A stretch of DNA of 63,872 bases, filler included, from Bigelowiella natans CCMP2755 (Eukaryota > Protista > Cercozoa): NCBI GenBank assembly GCA_000320545.1. It is 6 parts of 6 records of this genome, joined end to end, with 100 filler letters (N's around TTAATTAATTAA, not from the genome) between each part and the next. Parts side by side here need not be neighbours in the genome. Positions count along the whole stretch, not along the records: positions 25,985 to 38,284 come from ADNK01002355.1; positions 38,385 to 59,559 come from ADNK01002695.1; 4 more parts are not named here. One strand, given 5' to 3'. Both the position numbers and the translations under genes were made by a program. The notes beneath the pieces were generated by a model. The model worked only from the letters and a program-made list of their open reading frames with translations. It did no database searches and was not told the origin of the DNA. The stretch's first letter is position 1; every line of letters starts with the position of its first letter. Shown one piece after another: positions 26,957 to 43,079 of the stretch.

Positions 26957-27552
26957 CGTCAGAGAGAGTGAGAGAGAGAAACGGGGACTGAGGAGGGAGG
27001 GGTGGGTGATCTGCTAGATTTGTGGTGTGATGCTCAAAGCAGGAATTAGAGAAGAAACAGAATGGATTTATTCCCTACGACAATCTTTCTGTCGCTTTTT
27101 CCCCGTTGAAATTACCGTAATGTCGTTGAGCTGCATGCGTATGTGCATATGTAACGTAAGGTAACGGATCTTGACCGGACTACAAATAGATCTAGATCTC
27201 CCTGAAACGATATTCCTCGCCCGTGGTTTATTCTCTAAAAACCGTATAAATTAGTTGTCGTACTTCAAAAATACTATACATGTTAGTTAGTTAGTTAGTT
27301 ATTCTTTTGGCGCCCTTGACTTCCCAGCTATGTTGTTACACCGAAGTGATTTTCATAGTGGATGTTGTCTCATAACGGACATTGCGAAAGTCAAAACTTG
27401 CATGGCAAAACATAGCAAAATTTGTGACTTATAGGACTAGATCTAATAAACTTTTTTCTTTTTATTTTTAGGTTGTATTGCTTTAGACGCCCAAACCGCC
27501 TGATATCGTAGTTGAAAAATGGGCCAATTTACCACGTTGGAAAAACAACAAG

Positions 27553-27596
<44 letters not shown>

Positions 27597-27645
27597 AGTA
27601 CACATCCTTCTACTTTGCGGGCCGACAGAGGGCGCGAGCCCAACC

Positions 27646-29066
27646 ATGCCGGCGTGGCGGATCTCCCGTCTCCTCCTCCTACCTCTCCTTCTCCCCCCCC
27701 TGCTGCACCCCCCCTTTGTCCCCCTTGTCACAGTCTCCGCCGATTCTATCTCTCGCTGGGGACCAAAAACGCAAGATTCCCCTCCAAATGGTAATAGCAC
27801 ACTGTTCGGCTTGTACGCTGAGCCGGCTGCCTCTTGAGAGCAGTTATTGAGTCTCATTGTGTTGCGTGGCTCGGAATAGGCGATGTTTTGGTGAGAGGGG
27901 CGGTGGAAAAGGTCGCTACTCCGAATGGAATCGCTGCGCACTGCATGCATATTGCTGCGAGCCCTCGTATCGACGGGGACGAAGGAAGAGCTTCCAATGC
28001 CGATTCCTCTTGTGAGTTGCAGACTCCTCCGTATTCAAGCCGGAGACTGGTAGTTCAGCAGGTGTGTAGTAGTCCGAGGCTATATCTTGTGGAGAATTTC
28101 GCAAGGTAATTAGACAAATTGGCATTATAATCAGCGGGGCTGCAGAGTACAATCGAACACAGACACCCGCCCCCACTACAGATCAATTACGTTGATTTTT
28201 TAATTTGGGCCAAGGGCATTGCCTTATGATCATTGTGAATTTTTTTCCAGCAAGGAAGAAATCGAGCATATCATAGAAAGCTCCCGTCCTCGGCTTACCC
28301 CATCACACCCTGGAACTGTTACCGGTCGCTGTTAGTATAGTCCTAGGGGAGGGGATCAGCGAGTAGTGTGCTGTTGTAATCCATTCTCAGGAAAAAAAGT
28401 GGGTAAATCTGCATTCAACGTGTGATGTTATCTTAAAAAGGGACGCGCTACGAGCTTCCCATTGACGACGATCCCGTCTTAGAAACTGTCCGAGAGCGAA
28501 TGGTGAGAGCGGCGGCGACTAACACTCCTCGCCGCTGTCCGCATCATAAGTCCTGCAGATTTATATCACAGTCTGTGTCTGTGCGTGTCGTTGTTTTGCT
28601 GGTGCTATGTGGTTAAGATGGCGATCTTCCCTGATCTCGACACGGATTTCCAGTCAACGTTCCGTGTGCGGAGGTTGCTCTTTTGCTCTCGTTCGATGTT
28701 GCACGTGGTCATTACTTATCGCTAGGTACCAACCGGATGGTAGCTATCACCCTCCTCATCTCGACTACTATCAATCGGTGTGCCTCTCCCTCCCTCCCTC
28801 CTCCTATTCTCTCGCCCCTCCCTCCCCTCCTCCCCCCCGCCAGCAAGTCGTGATGTGTACCAAAAATATACCCCTTCATCTCTTTGTGCAATGCCATACG
28901 GTGTGCGACTTGATGTCACTCAGTCGGACGACCCTAACAGCAAAGTCCTGGTTTTGACGATCATGCTCTATCTCACGACGCCTGAGGAGGGGGGTGGGTC
29001 TTTTCTTCGTTCATCGCTTGCCTAATAACGTTGGAGCGCGCACGGCACAGCGCACAGCAGCAACAA

Positions 29067-29100
<34 letters not shown>

Positions 29101-29751
29101 CACCACCCCCTTCTCCAGATGCCAAATTGAATTTTCAGGAGAGACGTATTTTCCGAAGGCGAACAGCGGGTCAGGTTATGCATTCCAGCCCGTGGCCGGT
29201 AGTAAGCAATGAAGAAGAGGGTCCCCGGATCTCTTCCTTTATTGCGCAACTCATTCTTTTTATCTAGATTGTGTGAGCTCTCTCAAAAATTGAATTCTTC
29301 ACGAAGCTGAACCAGCCTCATTGTGCTCTCTCCAGGAAACGTCGCTGCCTGGTGGAGTATCGTCGGCGATGAAGACGTGGACAAAGGTGCAGGGAACGGT
29401 CATCGCAATCATGCTCCTGGAACACGAGATCAACGTATGAAGCGATACGGATGATTTAGATGATACTGCGCAGTATGAGTTTCGGTGCGTTTCGGTGCAA
29501 GAGCAGAATTCTTGTCGTCGTTGAAATCAATAGTGTTCGACAATAGTCTTGGTTCTGAGAGCTGGAGGACAACGTGGCGAGCCATAAATTGCAATTGTAT
29601 ATCAATGTCCTCACTGCGGTGATCTTTATTTCGTAGGAACGGAACACGAAGGGCGCAAAGTTAGGAAAGGGGTACTGTAGCACGCTTGTCGAGTCACTCT
29701 AATGGCTGCGATTGCAAGAGATCTAGAGTTTGCTGGTGACATCTTGAAAAT

Positions 29752-29791
<40 letters not shown>

Positions 29792-29886
29792 TCGATCAGG
29801 AAAAATGGAACGCAACATACTTCGTATATGCGAACCCGCTCCAAGCGGCAACTGTGCGTGCTAGCAAAGTCATCAGTGCGAGATAA
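27646..29886 (+). CDS. Prolyl 4-hydroxylase-like Fe(II)/2-oxoglutarate dioxygenase, signal peptide, about 12 exons
   Basis: Spliced motifs SPRLYLVENFASKEEIEHII, YHPPHLDY (HxD), LTIMLYLTTPEEGGETYFP and HEGRKVRKGEKWNAT (distal His, Lys). TAA at 29884-29886. Confidence 0.9.
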
Positions 29887-30965
29887 AAGTGTTACAAAAG
29901 ACCATTCAAACAATGAGCCTCTTCATTCTTTAGTGGTCATGGCGCAATCAAAAAATGCGACCATACTGGCCATGTCGCTTGCCTAGTTGCACCTATATAA
30001 ACTGATTTGCGACAACGTGATGCTTATTGTACATATTATATGTCAACATCACATGTACGTATGTCAATTGTCATGTGTGCATTGCATCGCCAAAAACAGT
30101 TTTGTGCAGCTACATTGAGATGGCCATTGAATGAATTTGATCTATTCCTAGTTTTGTGAAATCATTTTGTCACGCGCGCTGCCGCTGCGGCTGCGCATAT
30201 ATGCGCATGTCTAGCTAGATGTGGTACATGGCGAGAAGGGCGATCTAGCTCTAGAGCCATTGCTAGCATAGTTCAAACATGACATGTAATATTAATTTAT
30301 TAGCATGTGCGTGTAGAATGTTCAGCATCCGCTGAACGTTGCAGCATGTGCACACATTTTTGCAGTTTGCAAAGCCGTAGCGGCACTAGATCAAACTTTG
30401 CATTCTGACGGACACTTTTTGCATGTGCGCTCTAACCACGCCGCTCATTCGTCCTTATCACATTTGGCTTCCGATCTCTTCGTTGGCACCAACATGATTC
30501 AAGGGGAGCTTGCTTGAGACCTTGCTATTATGCTGTCCTCCTTTGCAATACTCTTTTTTCTTGTCCTCTGTTCCATCTTTTGAATAATGAGTTCTGAAAT
30601 GCATCGCGATTCGGAAGCTCGGTGAACGAAAAAAGGAATAGTTTTGTCGTAGGGAAAAGGAAGGGTAAAGAAGCGTGCGACAAGCATTGGAGAAGGTTGG
30701 GAGGGAAAATGGCAACCGAACGCCCTAACAGCAGCAGTGGGCATTTTTTCAAATGTGATCTGCGACAAAGAATTCGGTGTCGCACATAGGAAAAGTCGCT
30801 TAGATCTAACAAACTCTCCTCCAACGGTAACGCAAAGAACACTCGAGATTGGCATCCGTTAGTTTGTTGCGACATGATTTACTCTGGGATTTTGCATGAA
30901 ATAACAGTTTTAAATCTCAGAGGACCTCCCCCTCACCCCTCACCCCACCCTCATCGAAGGCAACG

Positions 30966-31257
30966 ATGCCTTCCACGGCAAGGAAGCCTCTAACCAATCT
31001 AGATCAAAACCAATCATCACTCACCACTAAATCTGGTTCATCCTCCTCACAGCTGGAGAAGCTGAAGAGATGGAAGGAAATGAAAAAAAAATCCTCGAAG
31101 AAGCAAATCACATCTTTGAAATCAAAGCATTCAAGGAAGACGACGACGGTTAGTTCCAAGGTCGCAGACAACTTCTACAGATCTACACACATGTACATAT
31201 GGATGGATGGATGTGTGGTGTGGTATGGTGTGGTTTGGTGCGTGTGCGTGCGTGTGC

Positions 31258-31294
<37 letters not shown>

Positions 31295-32891
31295 CGTGTT
31301 GTGTGAGTGTAACACGTGAGTTTACTCTCGTATTTCTATGCACACAACGACACAGAGTTGTGCAGGGCTTTCAAAAAAGAGAAAATCTAGGCAGCTGGAG
31401 AAAAATCAAGGTGATAGCACTAAGTGATAATTAACACCAACCGAATCCTCCCTAGCCCCTCTTCTCTCTCGACTTAATTCGTTTCTGCCGACACAAAGGC
31501 TCTGGAGGGCGCGAAGGATGCTCTATGCCAACAGCAGCAACAAAGCAGGTTCTATCGGCAATTCAGCCCTCATGTTAATTATGGGTTTTGTCTTTTCTTT
31601 CTGGACAGCGCTCATTGAGGCAATCACCGATGTTTCAACAGACCTCTGCCGCCCCTTTAAAGAAGGCAAAGAGCTGCTCCAAAGCTAAGGAGAACGTCAG
31701 AATAAATAATGGCCTCAAGACCGATAGAAAGACGGAGGAAGGCCAGCAAGGAAAGCTAGAACGACAGGTCAACTACCTCAAGAACGCCTACAAGTATGCC
31801 CGCGAGGAGACTGAGAAACTCCAAGTGAAAGTGAAAGCTCTGCAAAATGGTAGATTGTTAGTACCCAAAGCACCGTATAGCCCTTCCAGGCACGCTTCAT
31901 CTCTTCGTCTATTTTCCCATATCTACTAGCATGCATGCATCGCTCTCGAAATCTGTGAGGAACATGCACCGGAAACTCACGGGCTAATATTATCATCTCG
32001 GCACCGATGTACTGCTCTCAGAGGCGTCCCAATCGCAACAGGAAGTCAGCGCAGAGAAAGAAAGGCGGATGTTGGACCGTTTGCAGGTCGTTTGTCCTTT
32101 GGTTTTGTGTGTAAAATAGCTATAACCTTACGAAAGCGAGGCTAGGTCATATCTACTTGCCGTTCGACCCACTCTCTCTTTCGCTCTCCCTTCTCCCTTT
32201 CTCTTCATGATGGCATGAATGCATAATCTACTGCTATTAATTAAATAAAGGCTCCTGAAAACACACTTGGATGGGAACAACTGGAAGCTCAGATTCTAAG
32301 TATTACCCGCTAGTGTAATGGTGTTGATAATGAAAGGGGGGGGGGGGGCAAGCACATCGTGGAGTCCTCTCCATCATAATTTCTCTCCTCCTCCTTTTCC
32401 TTCTCCATCTTTGTCGCTCTCTCTTTCTTATAATCTCTGTGTGATGTGCTCTTTTGGCCGTTTAGAGTCTCCTGAAAAATTCGACTACAATCTGAAGAAG
32501 GAGGCTTGCATTGAATCCCTCTCGGAGCTCAAGGTTACCCCCTTCGCCTGCAGCAGTTGTGTTGTGAGTGCCTTGTCTGCGTGTGCGTGCTCTGTAATTT
32601 CTGGTGTGGAACTAATGTGAAACCTATCATTCTCTCTGCGGCTTCTTTGTCGCACCTATTCAGGCTGAGGACGACATGCATAGTATAGACGATAATCTAA
32701 GCGCTACGCTGTGTGAAGGAAGATCTTTGGTGATTACTTCCTCGGAGCCTGCTCTTACATTGAGCGCCGCTAAGAAGAAGGCGATGGCATTGGTTAACTC
32801 TGCCACGCTAGCGCTGACAGACGGGAATGTGACGTCGTTTGTGGAAGAAGCATCGAAAGCAATAGCAGTCATGATGCCCCACAAACAGTAG
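30966..32891 (+). CDS. Hypothetical basic/coiled-coil protein, multi-exon
   Basis: MPSTARKPLTNLDQN...EKLKRWKEMKKK. Coiled-coil exon KLERQVNYLKNAYKYAREETEKLQVKVKALQ. Last exon ends MMPHKQ*. Confidence 0.65.
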
Positions 32892-33550
32892 AGAAGCGGG
32901 ACACAAACTGACCATCACTGTACAGCCTGGCCTGCCTGTAAACAAATCCTAGGCTAGGTATCAACATTCGCCACAACTGTGCATTTCAGTTCCGCTCATT
33001 GGGGACATTGTGAATGACACGCACTACACATGCGCCGGCACATTCATTGAATGCGAGGCGTGTGGCATGGCTAGCAAAGAGACACAGCGGCGAGGCTTGT
33101 GAGTTGTGCGTGCGTGCACGACGAATGCGTGAACATGCCATGAAAACGAGATCTTCCACCATTGTGTCAAAAACAAAATCATTTTGCACAGGCTACCAGG
33201 CTAGCAGGCTTATAGCTTAGCAGATCTACATGTAGCTAGCTAGAGAGCTAGGCGTCGTAGGGCGCATGCATCATGCTTTGAATCGAAATGACGGAGACAC
33301 AGGAGAGCACGTAGCAGACCCGTCAAGCAGTCTGCAGTGCGCTGTGCGCTGTGGCACGCTAGCATAGCACGCGTGCTAGCTAGCTAGCGTGACGAAGGTT
33401 GCATTGCACATTGCTAGATCAGTATATCAGCTTGCGCACTGACTGCTAGACTTCGCTTGCCATGAATTCACACCGCTTTTTGTGATGATCGCACATCGTA
33501 TCCGCAACGCATCTTTGCGTTCAGTATCTCAAAGCTAGACAAGCATGCAG

Positions 33551-34825
33551 TCATTGCTTCAGTCTCCTCTCACTGCGCTCTAGCGCTGCATCGTGTGCTC
33601 TGTCTAGCTGTGGCTGCTTCCCAATCAAGCCATTGTTTCCTTGCACTCCCCGTCTATCTAGCTCGTATTCCATTTCTAGTTTTTCGCGGTAGGTGCTGGA
33701 AATGCTCTTCTTCACCTCCACAAGGACTGCCTCCCATTGGGTCGATGTACCTGTGTTGCAGCAGTCCGGATTCACGTCACAAAGCACCAGCAAAGGCGAT
33801 GCGTAGGCGAATGTAATTGTTTCATCAATTTTCCCGTTAGCCCTCTAATCATTCACGTAACAGTCGAATATGAACCCCTCTCCCCTATCCTTCCTCGAGC
33901 AATAGGCACCTACAGCTGCGCTGAAGGCCAATCACAAAGTAAAGTAACGACGTGAATCGATCCCTCTCCATTGTGCCGTGGTAGGATAACATCTTGCTAC
34001 AAAACCTTTTTTGCCAATTCGAAAAGACGAGGAGGTGGAAGAGGAGGAGGAGAAGGACGATGACGACGACGACGAGGATGATGAGGATGGTAATAGGATG
34101 GTAATAACAATGTGTAATTGCCAAATTTCACCAATGCCATTCGTTGCAATTTCTCTCGCATTTATACCCGGCAAAGGCTGGAAGTTCCTCCGAGTAGGGC
34201 GTCAGCACCTGTTCCGAGATTATTTTTCCGATCTCGGTGGCATCACCTTCATTAAAGAAAGAAAGAATAACTCTAGAATTAAAGATGACTACGAGGAAGG
34301 TTAGTTGTGCGGATCATTGTCGTTGTCGTTGTCGACGTCGTCACAAGTAGTTTCTCCTCTCGCAACTCGTCAGTCGAACGTGCGTATAGGCTGCCTACAC
34401 ACCAATCTTCATTGCGTAATCAGCGGTCAGAGGGCACAAGATTTCATCCTCAGCTTTCAGGTGTGACAGAAGCTGTTCCTTCCATTCATTGAACGCTACC
34501 ACAATATCTCCATCGTGCTCTAGACTTACAGCCTGAGTCAGAAGAAATTGCAGTAGCAGCAGCGGCAGTAGTACTAGCGATAGCGAATTATTATACCGTT
34601 TTTGCTCATGTTATGTATCTTAACCCGAGTAAGAGTGTGTACTAAGGCATTCTTACCTCTTTAAGCATTCTCCGAAATGTGGATTCTTCAACATGATTTG
34701 AGTACCTACCATGTTGTTACTGTCGATGACACTTGTGGTGTCGTAGGTGAGCGGTTGAACCGGTGATGGGTGTTGCTGGCCTTTGTAATTTTATCATGTT
34801 TCAGTTTGTGATGATATAAAGTGTG

Positions 34826-34869
<44 letters not shown>

Positions 34870-35523
34870 TGTGTGTGTGTGTTTGTGTGTATGTTCTTGC
34901 CCAATCACAGAAGCGGGGCGTTGAAGAATAATGCGCACGGATGATTAGAAACTTTTTTATGGCTAGAGAGGTGGCTAGGGGAGGGAGGATGGAGACCGAC
35001 AGCTTCGCCGCTAGAAGTTTGTCGTTGAATTCCTGATCTAACATTGGGAAGAAGCCGTTTCCCTTCATCCTCGCCACGGTGTGGACGCAGTGTGACAGGG
35101 GAGGAAAGAGCACCTTGAACTGCTTAAGATCGAGCTCGTCCACCTTCAACAAAGGCATCGATATGTTTCAAGTGTGCTATAGCTGGAGGGTGCAAACTTT
35201 TGCTACTTTTTGCTCACCGTATCTTGGCACTCTCTCACTCCCGCTCTAATAGCTTCGTTGGCAAGTTGCAGCATGATGAAGGGAACGTCGTTCGGAATGT
35301 CCTTGAGTTCTGGTGCGGAGCTGCACATGCAGCATCGTCGTCAAAGGCGTGGATGTCAAATGATGTTCCCTGCATATCTACTATGCTAAATGGGAGAGAA
35401 TTGTTCGAGTTCATGCCTGAGTGTTTCGATCTTCATCTCCTCATCCCTTTTCAGGATGATGTCCACCCTTTTTCTGCGCCCCATCTGGCGCTGTTCGTCC
35501 TCCTTCGAAGCATGGCACCCCAT
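33551..35523 (-). CDS. Hemerythrin/HHE-like protein with N-terminal MGCxxSK acylation motif
   Basis: ATG 35523 gives MGCHASK. HHE-like motif WKEQLLSHLKAEDEILCPL (His to Leu at 34428-34463). First intron is GC-AG. Confidence 0.6.
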
Positions 35524-36155
35524 GCTCGCTTGCCAATCACAGGGCACGAACCGCTCCGATTCCGAGAACACGATTAGATCGTTTTTTTACGATATAATCC
35601 GGATATCTATAGCCTTCTCCAGCGACCTCCATCCTCAGGGAACATTCGCGGACGCACTGCCCCCGTATTCTGGATAACCTTTTATCGGGGGAACATCCTA
35701 ACCCGTGTGGACAGCAGCAGCAGCAGCTTCTCCGTTGGTGTTGGTGTTCCTTACAGCGCTACGAGGCCAATTTTTCCAGGAGAAGGAGTCAGCACTCGAA
35801 CGCATGCCATTTATACCCTAAGACAAGGGGCATTTGCGCGGAAACGGCCTCAGGTTACGGGAGCCGGATAAAATCCAGACGAGCGAGAATGGCAAAAACG
35901 CAGGGGATTCTGCATGGCGCGACTTTCATCTCCGATTCTCCGGCGCGCATCCACTGGGCAGGACGTATTTGTGGCAATTTTTGTAGGATATTTCCGGGGC
36001 GTTGGTCGATATTTTGCGATGACGATCGATCTTTCGCTGACTCATCGCGACAAATCCGATCCAAAAGCACGCCCAGCCCCCGCCCCTCCCCCAGCTTGCT
36101 GACTCAGAGAGTGGTAGTAGTAGAAGCAGCTGCCCGTCGCTCAGTCTCCTTTCCG

Positions 36156-38248
<2,093 letters not shown>

Positions 38249-38284
38249 GTAGTTGTGCAATCATAAAAGACTCTAGCCGAGGCA

Positions 38285-38384
38285 NNNNNNNNNNNNNNNN
38301 NNNNNNNNNNNNNNNNNNNNNNNNNNNNTTAATTAATTAANNNNNNNNNNNNNNNNNNNNNNNNNNNNNNNNNNNNNNNNNNNN
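38285..38384. other. Assembly gap with artificial linker
   Basis: N44-TTAATTAATTAA-N44. Confidence 0.98.
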
Positions 38385-38400
38385 TAACATCCATCCTCCT

Positions 38401-38445
<45 letters not shown>

Positions 38446-38946
38446 CAACCCCCCCCCCCCCCTTCTCTGTGTGGACGTTGAATAAATAGAGATCATAGCT
38501 ATTCCTTCCGAACCCATCTTACTAATACCACACAGAACATATTGACGGCAGCCTTCTAGTCGCGGATGGTATGTATAGCGACGCGTAGAGAGTGAGAATT
38601 CATGAGTGTGGGGTACTACAGAAACCAAATCCCTCAATATTCTACAGCCCCTCCCCTCCCCCCCCCTCCGCCGTAGTGAAGAAGTATTAGCTGTGATTTA
38701 AAACGACCAAATATTCGTCTGAAACTTTACTTTGGGGCTGTAAGTGCGAGTGAATCTCTTTCATTCGGTGGTTTGATCTGCGCCTCTGCGTGACCTGAGA
38801 CTCACTACTGCAAAACGTGTTTGTCCTGCACTACCACGCAACAACAATAACAACGATAAAACCGAAGTGGGGAATCATGTGATACGAAGGGTAAATCTAG
38901 ACACGGCAGAGGTGAGGAGTACCATATTCATTCTTCTAGATGATAA

Positions 38947-38981
<35 letters not shown>

Positions 38982-39049
38982 ACTGCTGTTTGTTGGCCTG
39001 TTACAAAGTGAGTGAACGATGATGCTTGCGGCAATCATGTTGGCACAAA

Positions 39050-39623
39050 GCTTAATCACCGCCGTAATGACAGGTCGAAACGTGGATCGGACGTTTCTCA
39101 GGTCCAAACGCACACACACACACACACACACACACGCGCGCGCGCGCACAGGAGCAGTGCCTCAAATGACAGATATCACGAATTAGCATGGAATCTATTC
39201 GAAACGTACGAAACAGAATTAAAAAACAAACACTCTACCGAGGAATGTAGCATGTTTTTCAAATATGAAACCAAAAAGAGATAGAGGCCATCTTCTTTTG
39301 CGCGACAAGGTCGCAGTTAGATCGCTGAGCAAAGATCTTCGATGTTTCGCCGACGCCTGATTTCCGGATAGCGAGCGTTGCAAACGTTGTACTAACGGCC
39401 TGTGATACAATTTCGCTGAGATGTTCCCTTTGTTGTGGAATGGTTGGGCAGGAGGGAGGGGCGGGTACAAGGACGGCAGGAAGGAGAAGGCTCGATTTGT
39501 AGCTCCAATGGATGTTGAATGTACGCCAGCGATGACATAGGAGATCGTCCACTCGGATGGATGCAAAACAAGAGCATTCCAACACCGAAGATTGAACGAA
39601 GAAAGCCTGCATGATGGAACGTT

Positions 39624-39660
<37 letters not shown>

Positions 39661-39681
39661 ATGTCTATGTGTGTGATGTGT

Positions 39682-39722
<41 letters not shown>

Positions 39723-40484
39723 AGTACAAACTTACCAAGCTCCGAAGCTGAAGAACCAATGTTTAGGTGACGAGTACGGTCGCGTCTTCGTGGCGGATAC
39801 GGGGAACGACAAGTAGGGAGACTGCTGTTATTCCTATATGTAGCCGGAAACTCTGCGAGAGAGTAGTGTGTAAGATGGACGGAACTCTCACGCACTTGTC
39901 CAAGGGATTGATGTATCTGAAGTATTACGGCCTTCCACACCGCCCCCCCCCCCCCACCCCCTCTTCCAGAATTCGAATGATAACCGGCGGGGGACGAGAG
40001 CCTTGTAATTTCGCTGCTAGTTCTCAAACATTCCAGTAATCATTTTATCTTAACCGCGGAAGATTTGATAGTGCTGGTTCAAACCTGATGAATCTGTTTT
40101 CTGCGACGCGGGGTTGACCCTTGTCGCAGGGCAAAATGCCTCTGTAACTCAATGCATGGTACATGTATACATTGAGTGGTAAAAGAGAGAAAGAAGAGAA
40201 GCAGGGGGGGGGGGCACACGCAATAGTTACCGTTGTACACATTTTATTGCACACGCCAGTGGTGATGAATGAGGAGCTTATTGGGTTTTACTCCGTTTGG
40301 ATATCACGATACTATTTCCTGTTTTCCACGATGAAGTATATCGTCGCGCAAATAAAGCAAGACGAGAATAAATTATTCCACAGAATCAACGCGAAAAACA
40401 AAGAGCTTTCCTCGGATACTTTCGGGTTATAACAGACGAATAACATCTTATTAGTCATCGTAGCGCACGTCTACAAAACACACA

Positions 40485-40536
<52 letters not shown>

Positions 40537-42625
40537 AAAGTATAATTTAAATGGCACTATCTTTTCTCGAAATTCTGACCTAACATTGAACGTGCTATTA
40601 GAGTCCATAACTACTTGTTTATTTGCTTCTTGACATCTTCCTGAAGATCCCCGAGGGCTGTTGCTGTCTTCAACGGAACGGTCTTTGTCGCGGACGAAAT
40701 ACGGTAACATCCATCCTCTCTCACAACATAAGCAAAGGCATATGCTAATAGCATGGATTCTACCCCCCCCCCCCCCCTTCTTTTCCTCATCAAGGAATAA
40801 AATTCGTCGTATCGAACCCGATGGAAGGGTTAGCGCAGTGAAAGGGCGTTAATGAAAGGGTAAATCATCACGATGTGAAATGTCTTCGTAACTGCCAAGG
40901 AAATATTCCAACTCCATCCCCGCCGCTGCCGTAGCAACATTGAAGCTTTTCGGCAATTGAGATTCCTTTTTACCATTCGTCATGCTTCGCTCGAGCTGAT
41001 GACGATTTGAGTAGAATTTGACGATAGCGATCGTTTACAGAGCATGTTGTCATCGTCAATAGTATCAAGTTCTCTCTTATTCTCATTGGCATCATTTTTT
41101 GCCATCGTCATCATCACATCACTACCACCCCCACTACCATCATATAAGATAATGAACCCTTTGAGCTGCGGCGTGGATCGAGACGGCAACATCCTGACAA
41201 CAGATCGCTACACCGGTGCGCACTCCCACAGCTTTCTTATCTAAAAAGACCTGGAATTTGATAAACTATTCCACGCTTTTACAGTCCATGCCTTTTTCAA
41301 ACGAAGCCCTCTTGTCGGTTGCATGCCGAGAAAGGATGATTGAGAACTAACATTTCTCATCTCCTCCTGTATCGTAGAAAACGGAGAATCGACACACACG
41401 ATCGTGAAGGTACTATGATATCCGAAATCCCTCACATCAGGCTTTAGTGAAGCTGGCCAAGAATATGACCGTTGCTGAACCATGCACGATCTTTTTGGCA
41501 GTTTTCGCCGATGCTTTATCTCCAATATGGAAGTAGTTTCCACCGTTGTTTTCTCTCCAATATTGAATAACTTGCTTCGAAGACATTCGTTATCAATTCC
41601 ATCTTGCATTGACATGCACTGAGAATCTTGGTACGGGGGTCTTGGGGGGGGATATGCACAGATAACAGGGAAGCAGGGAGTACCATACACGTTTGCAGGC
41701 ACCGGTGCTCAGGGTTACATGGTAGTAAACATATGTGCACAACCATTGCAATTACGTCCACGCAATCAATATTCAATGCTATCATCGTAGGGCGATTTCC
41801 CCCCAGCAGTAATCGGCCTTGTCCGCCTTAACCTTGCTATTTGTTGTTATTGTTTCGCGTTATTGTGGTGTTGTTCAGGACGGCCATGCACAAATCGCGC
41901 AGTTTCATTTCCCGAAAGGCAAGCCAGTGACCGACGGATTGATTGTGAATAACACGCAGCGCAACAAAGACTGTGTGCGGGTTGACTGCATTTGCGCAAG
42001 GTGGTGTTTGATGATGGCATTGTTTTGTGTCTTTGCTTAAAAAGGATTGGCTCTTGACAGTAGCGGCAACATCTTCGTCGCAGATACAGGGAATCGATGC
42101 ATCCGGAGGTAGGGAGAGGAGGGAAGGGAGGAGCTAGGGATAGGGAGGGGGAGGGGGGGGGGGGGGATGGAAAAAGGAAAAGAAATTTTGTATCTATTTT
42201 GTGAGCGGAGGGAGTAAAAACGCACTGTTTTTAATCAAATTTGGAATGTATATAAAAGAAACTTGCGTCTCGGCCAACCACTTAGAGTGTAAGAAATATT
42301 TAAAATTTAAGATTGCCATGCAACATCCATGGCACATCTTGCTCAACGCACAATACAATGCAGGATATCACCGCACGGAGAAGTGACCACCATTGCCGGG
42401 GGGGGAGGAGGCGGGGGAGCGAAGACGGGCCGTGTTGTTAGCAAGGACGGGATAGGAACGAAAGCTGGATTCATAAGACCCGAGTATATTGCTTGCAGCA
42501 AACATATGGACGGCGTTCTGTATGTGTCTGATGCGGAAGCTCATTTAGTCAGGAAGATACAGATATTATCCGATGATATGATATGGGGCCATGCGCTCAA
42601 CATATCGGGGAGACTGAAACTCTAG
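39050..42625 (+). CDS. NHL-repeat beta-propeller protein, possible F-box-like segment near N-terminus; start uncertain
   Basis: AGGRGGYKDGRKEKARFVAP, GRVFVADTGNDKIR, FAGTGAQGYMDGHAQIAQFHFPKGLALDSSGNIFVADTGNRCIRRI and LYVSDAEAHLVRKI. Confidence 0.85.
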
Positions 42626-43079
42626 CCTCTTGACCATATGAACAGGTACGGCACACGTAAAACATGTGAGCGGTGTTAGTCAATGAATATAAGGTGTCAA
42701 TTGATATTGTTAAGGTTGATTGGTACTGCTGCGTTCACACACATGAGCCACAATTCGATGCGCAGGAAGCACGTCATTGTGAGTTACGTGCGAATGCGGA
42801 TCGAACAAGTAGCCGCTGTCGCGTCGCGCGCAATGAAAATCGAAGCATGCAGCAATGCAATGCGCAACTCTGATCGACTGAAGCCAAAAAGCCAAAGCAA
42901 TGGCTGATGCACAATACACAATACACTCGCTGCAAGTTCTTTACAGCACACGTTGCTAGATTCGCACATTGTTGCACAAGACTGTGGATGGCTACATCAT
43001 TAAATGAATGCTGTATGGCAGGTGGGCTGTCACTGCCACTTGGATTTTCAACCCACATGCATGTTAGCACTCTAACTAG

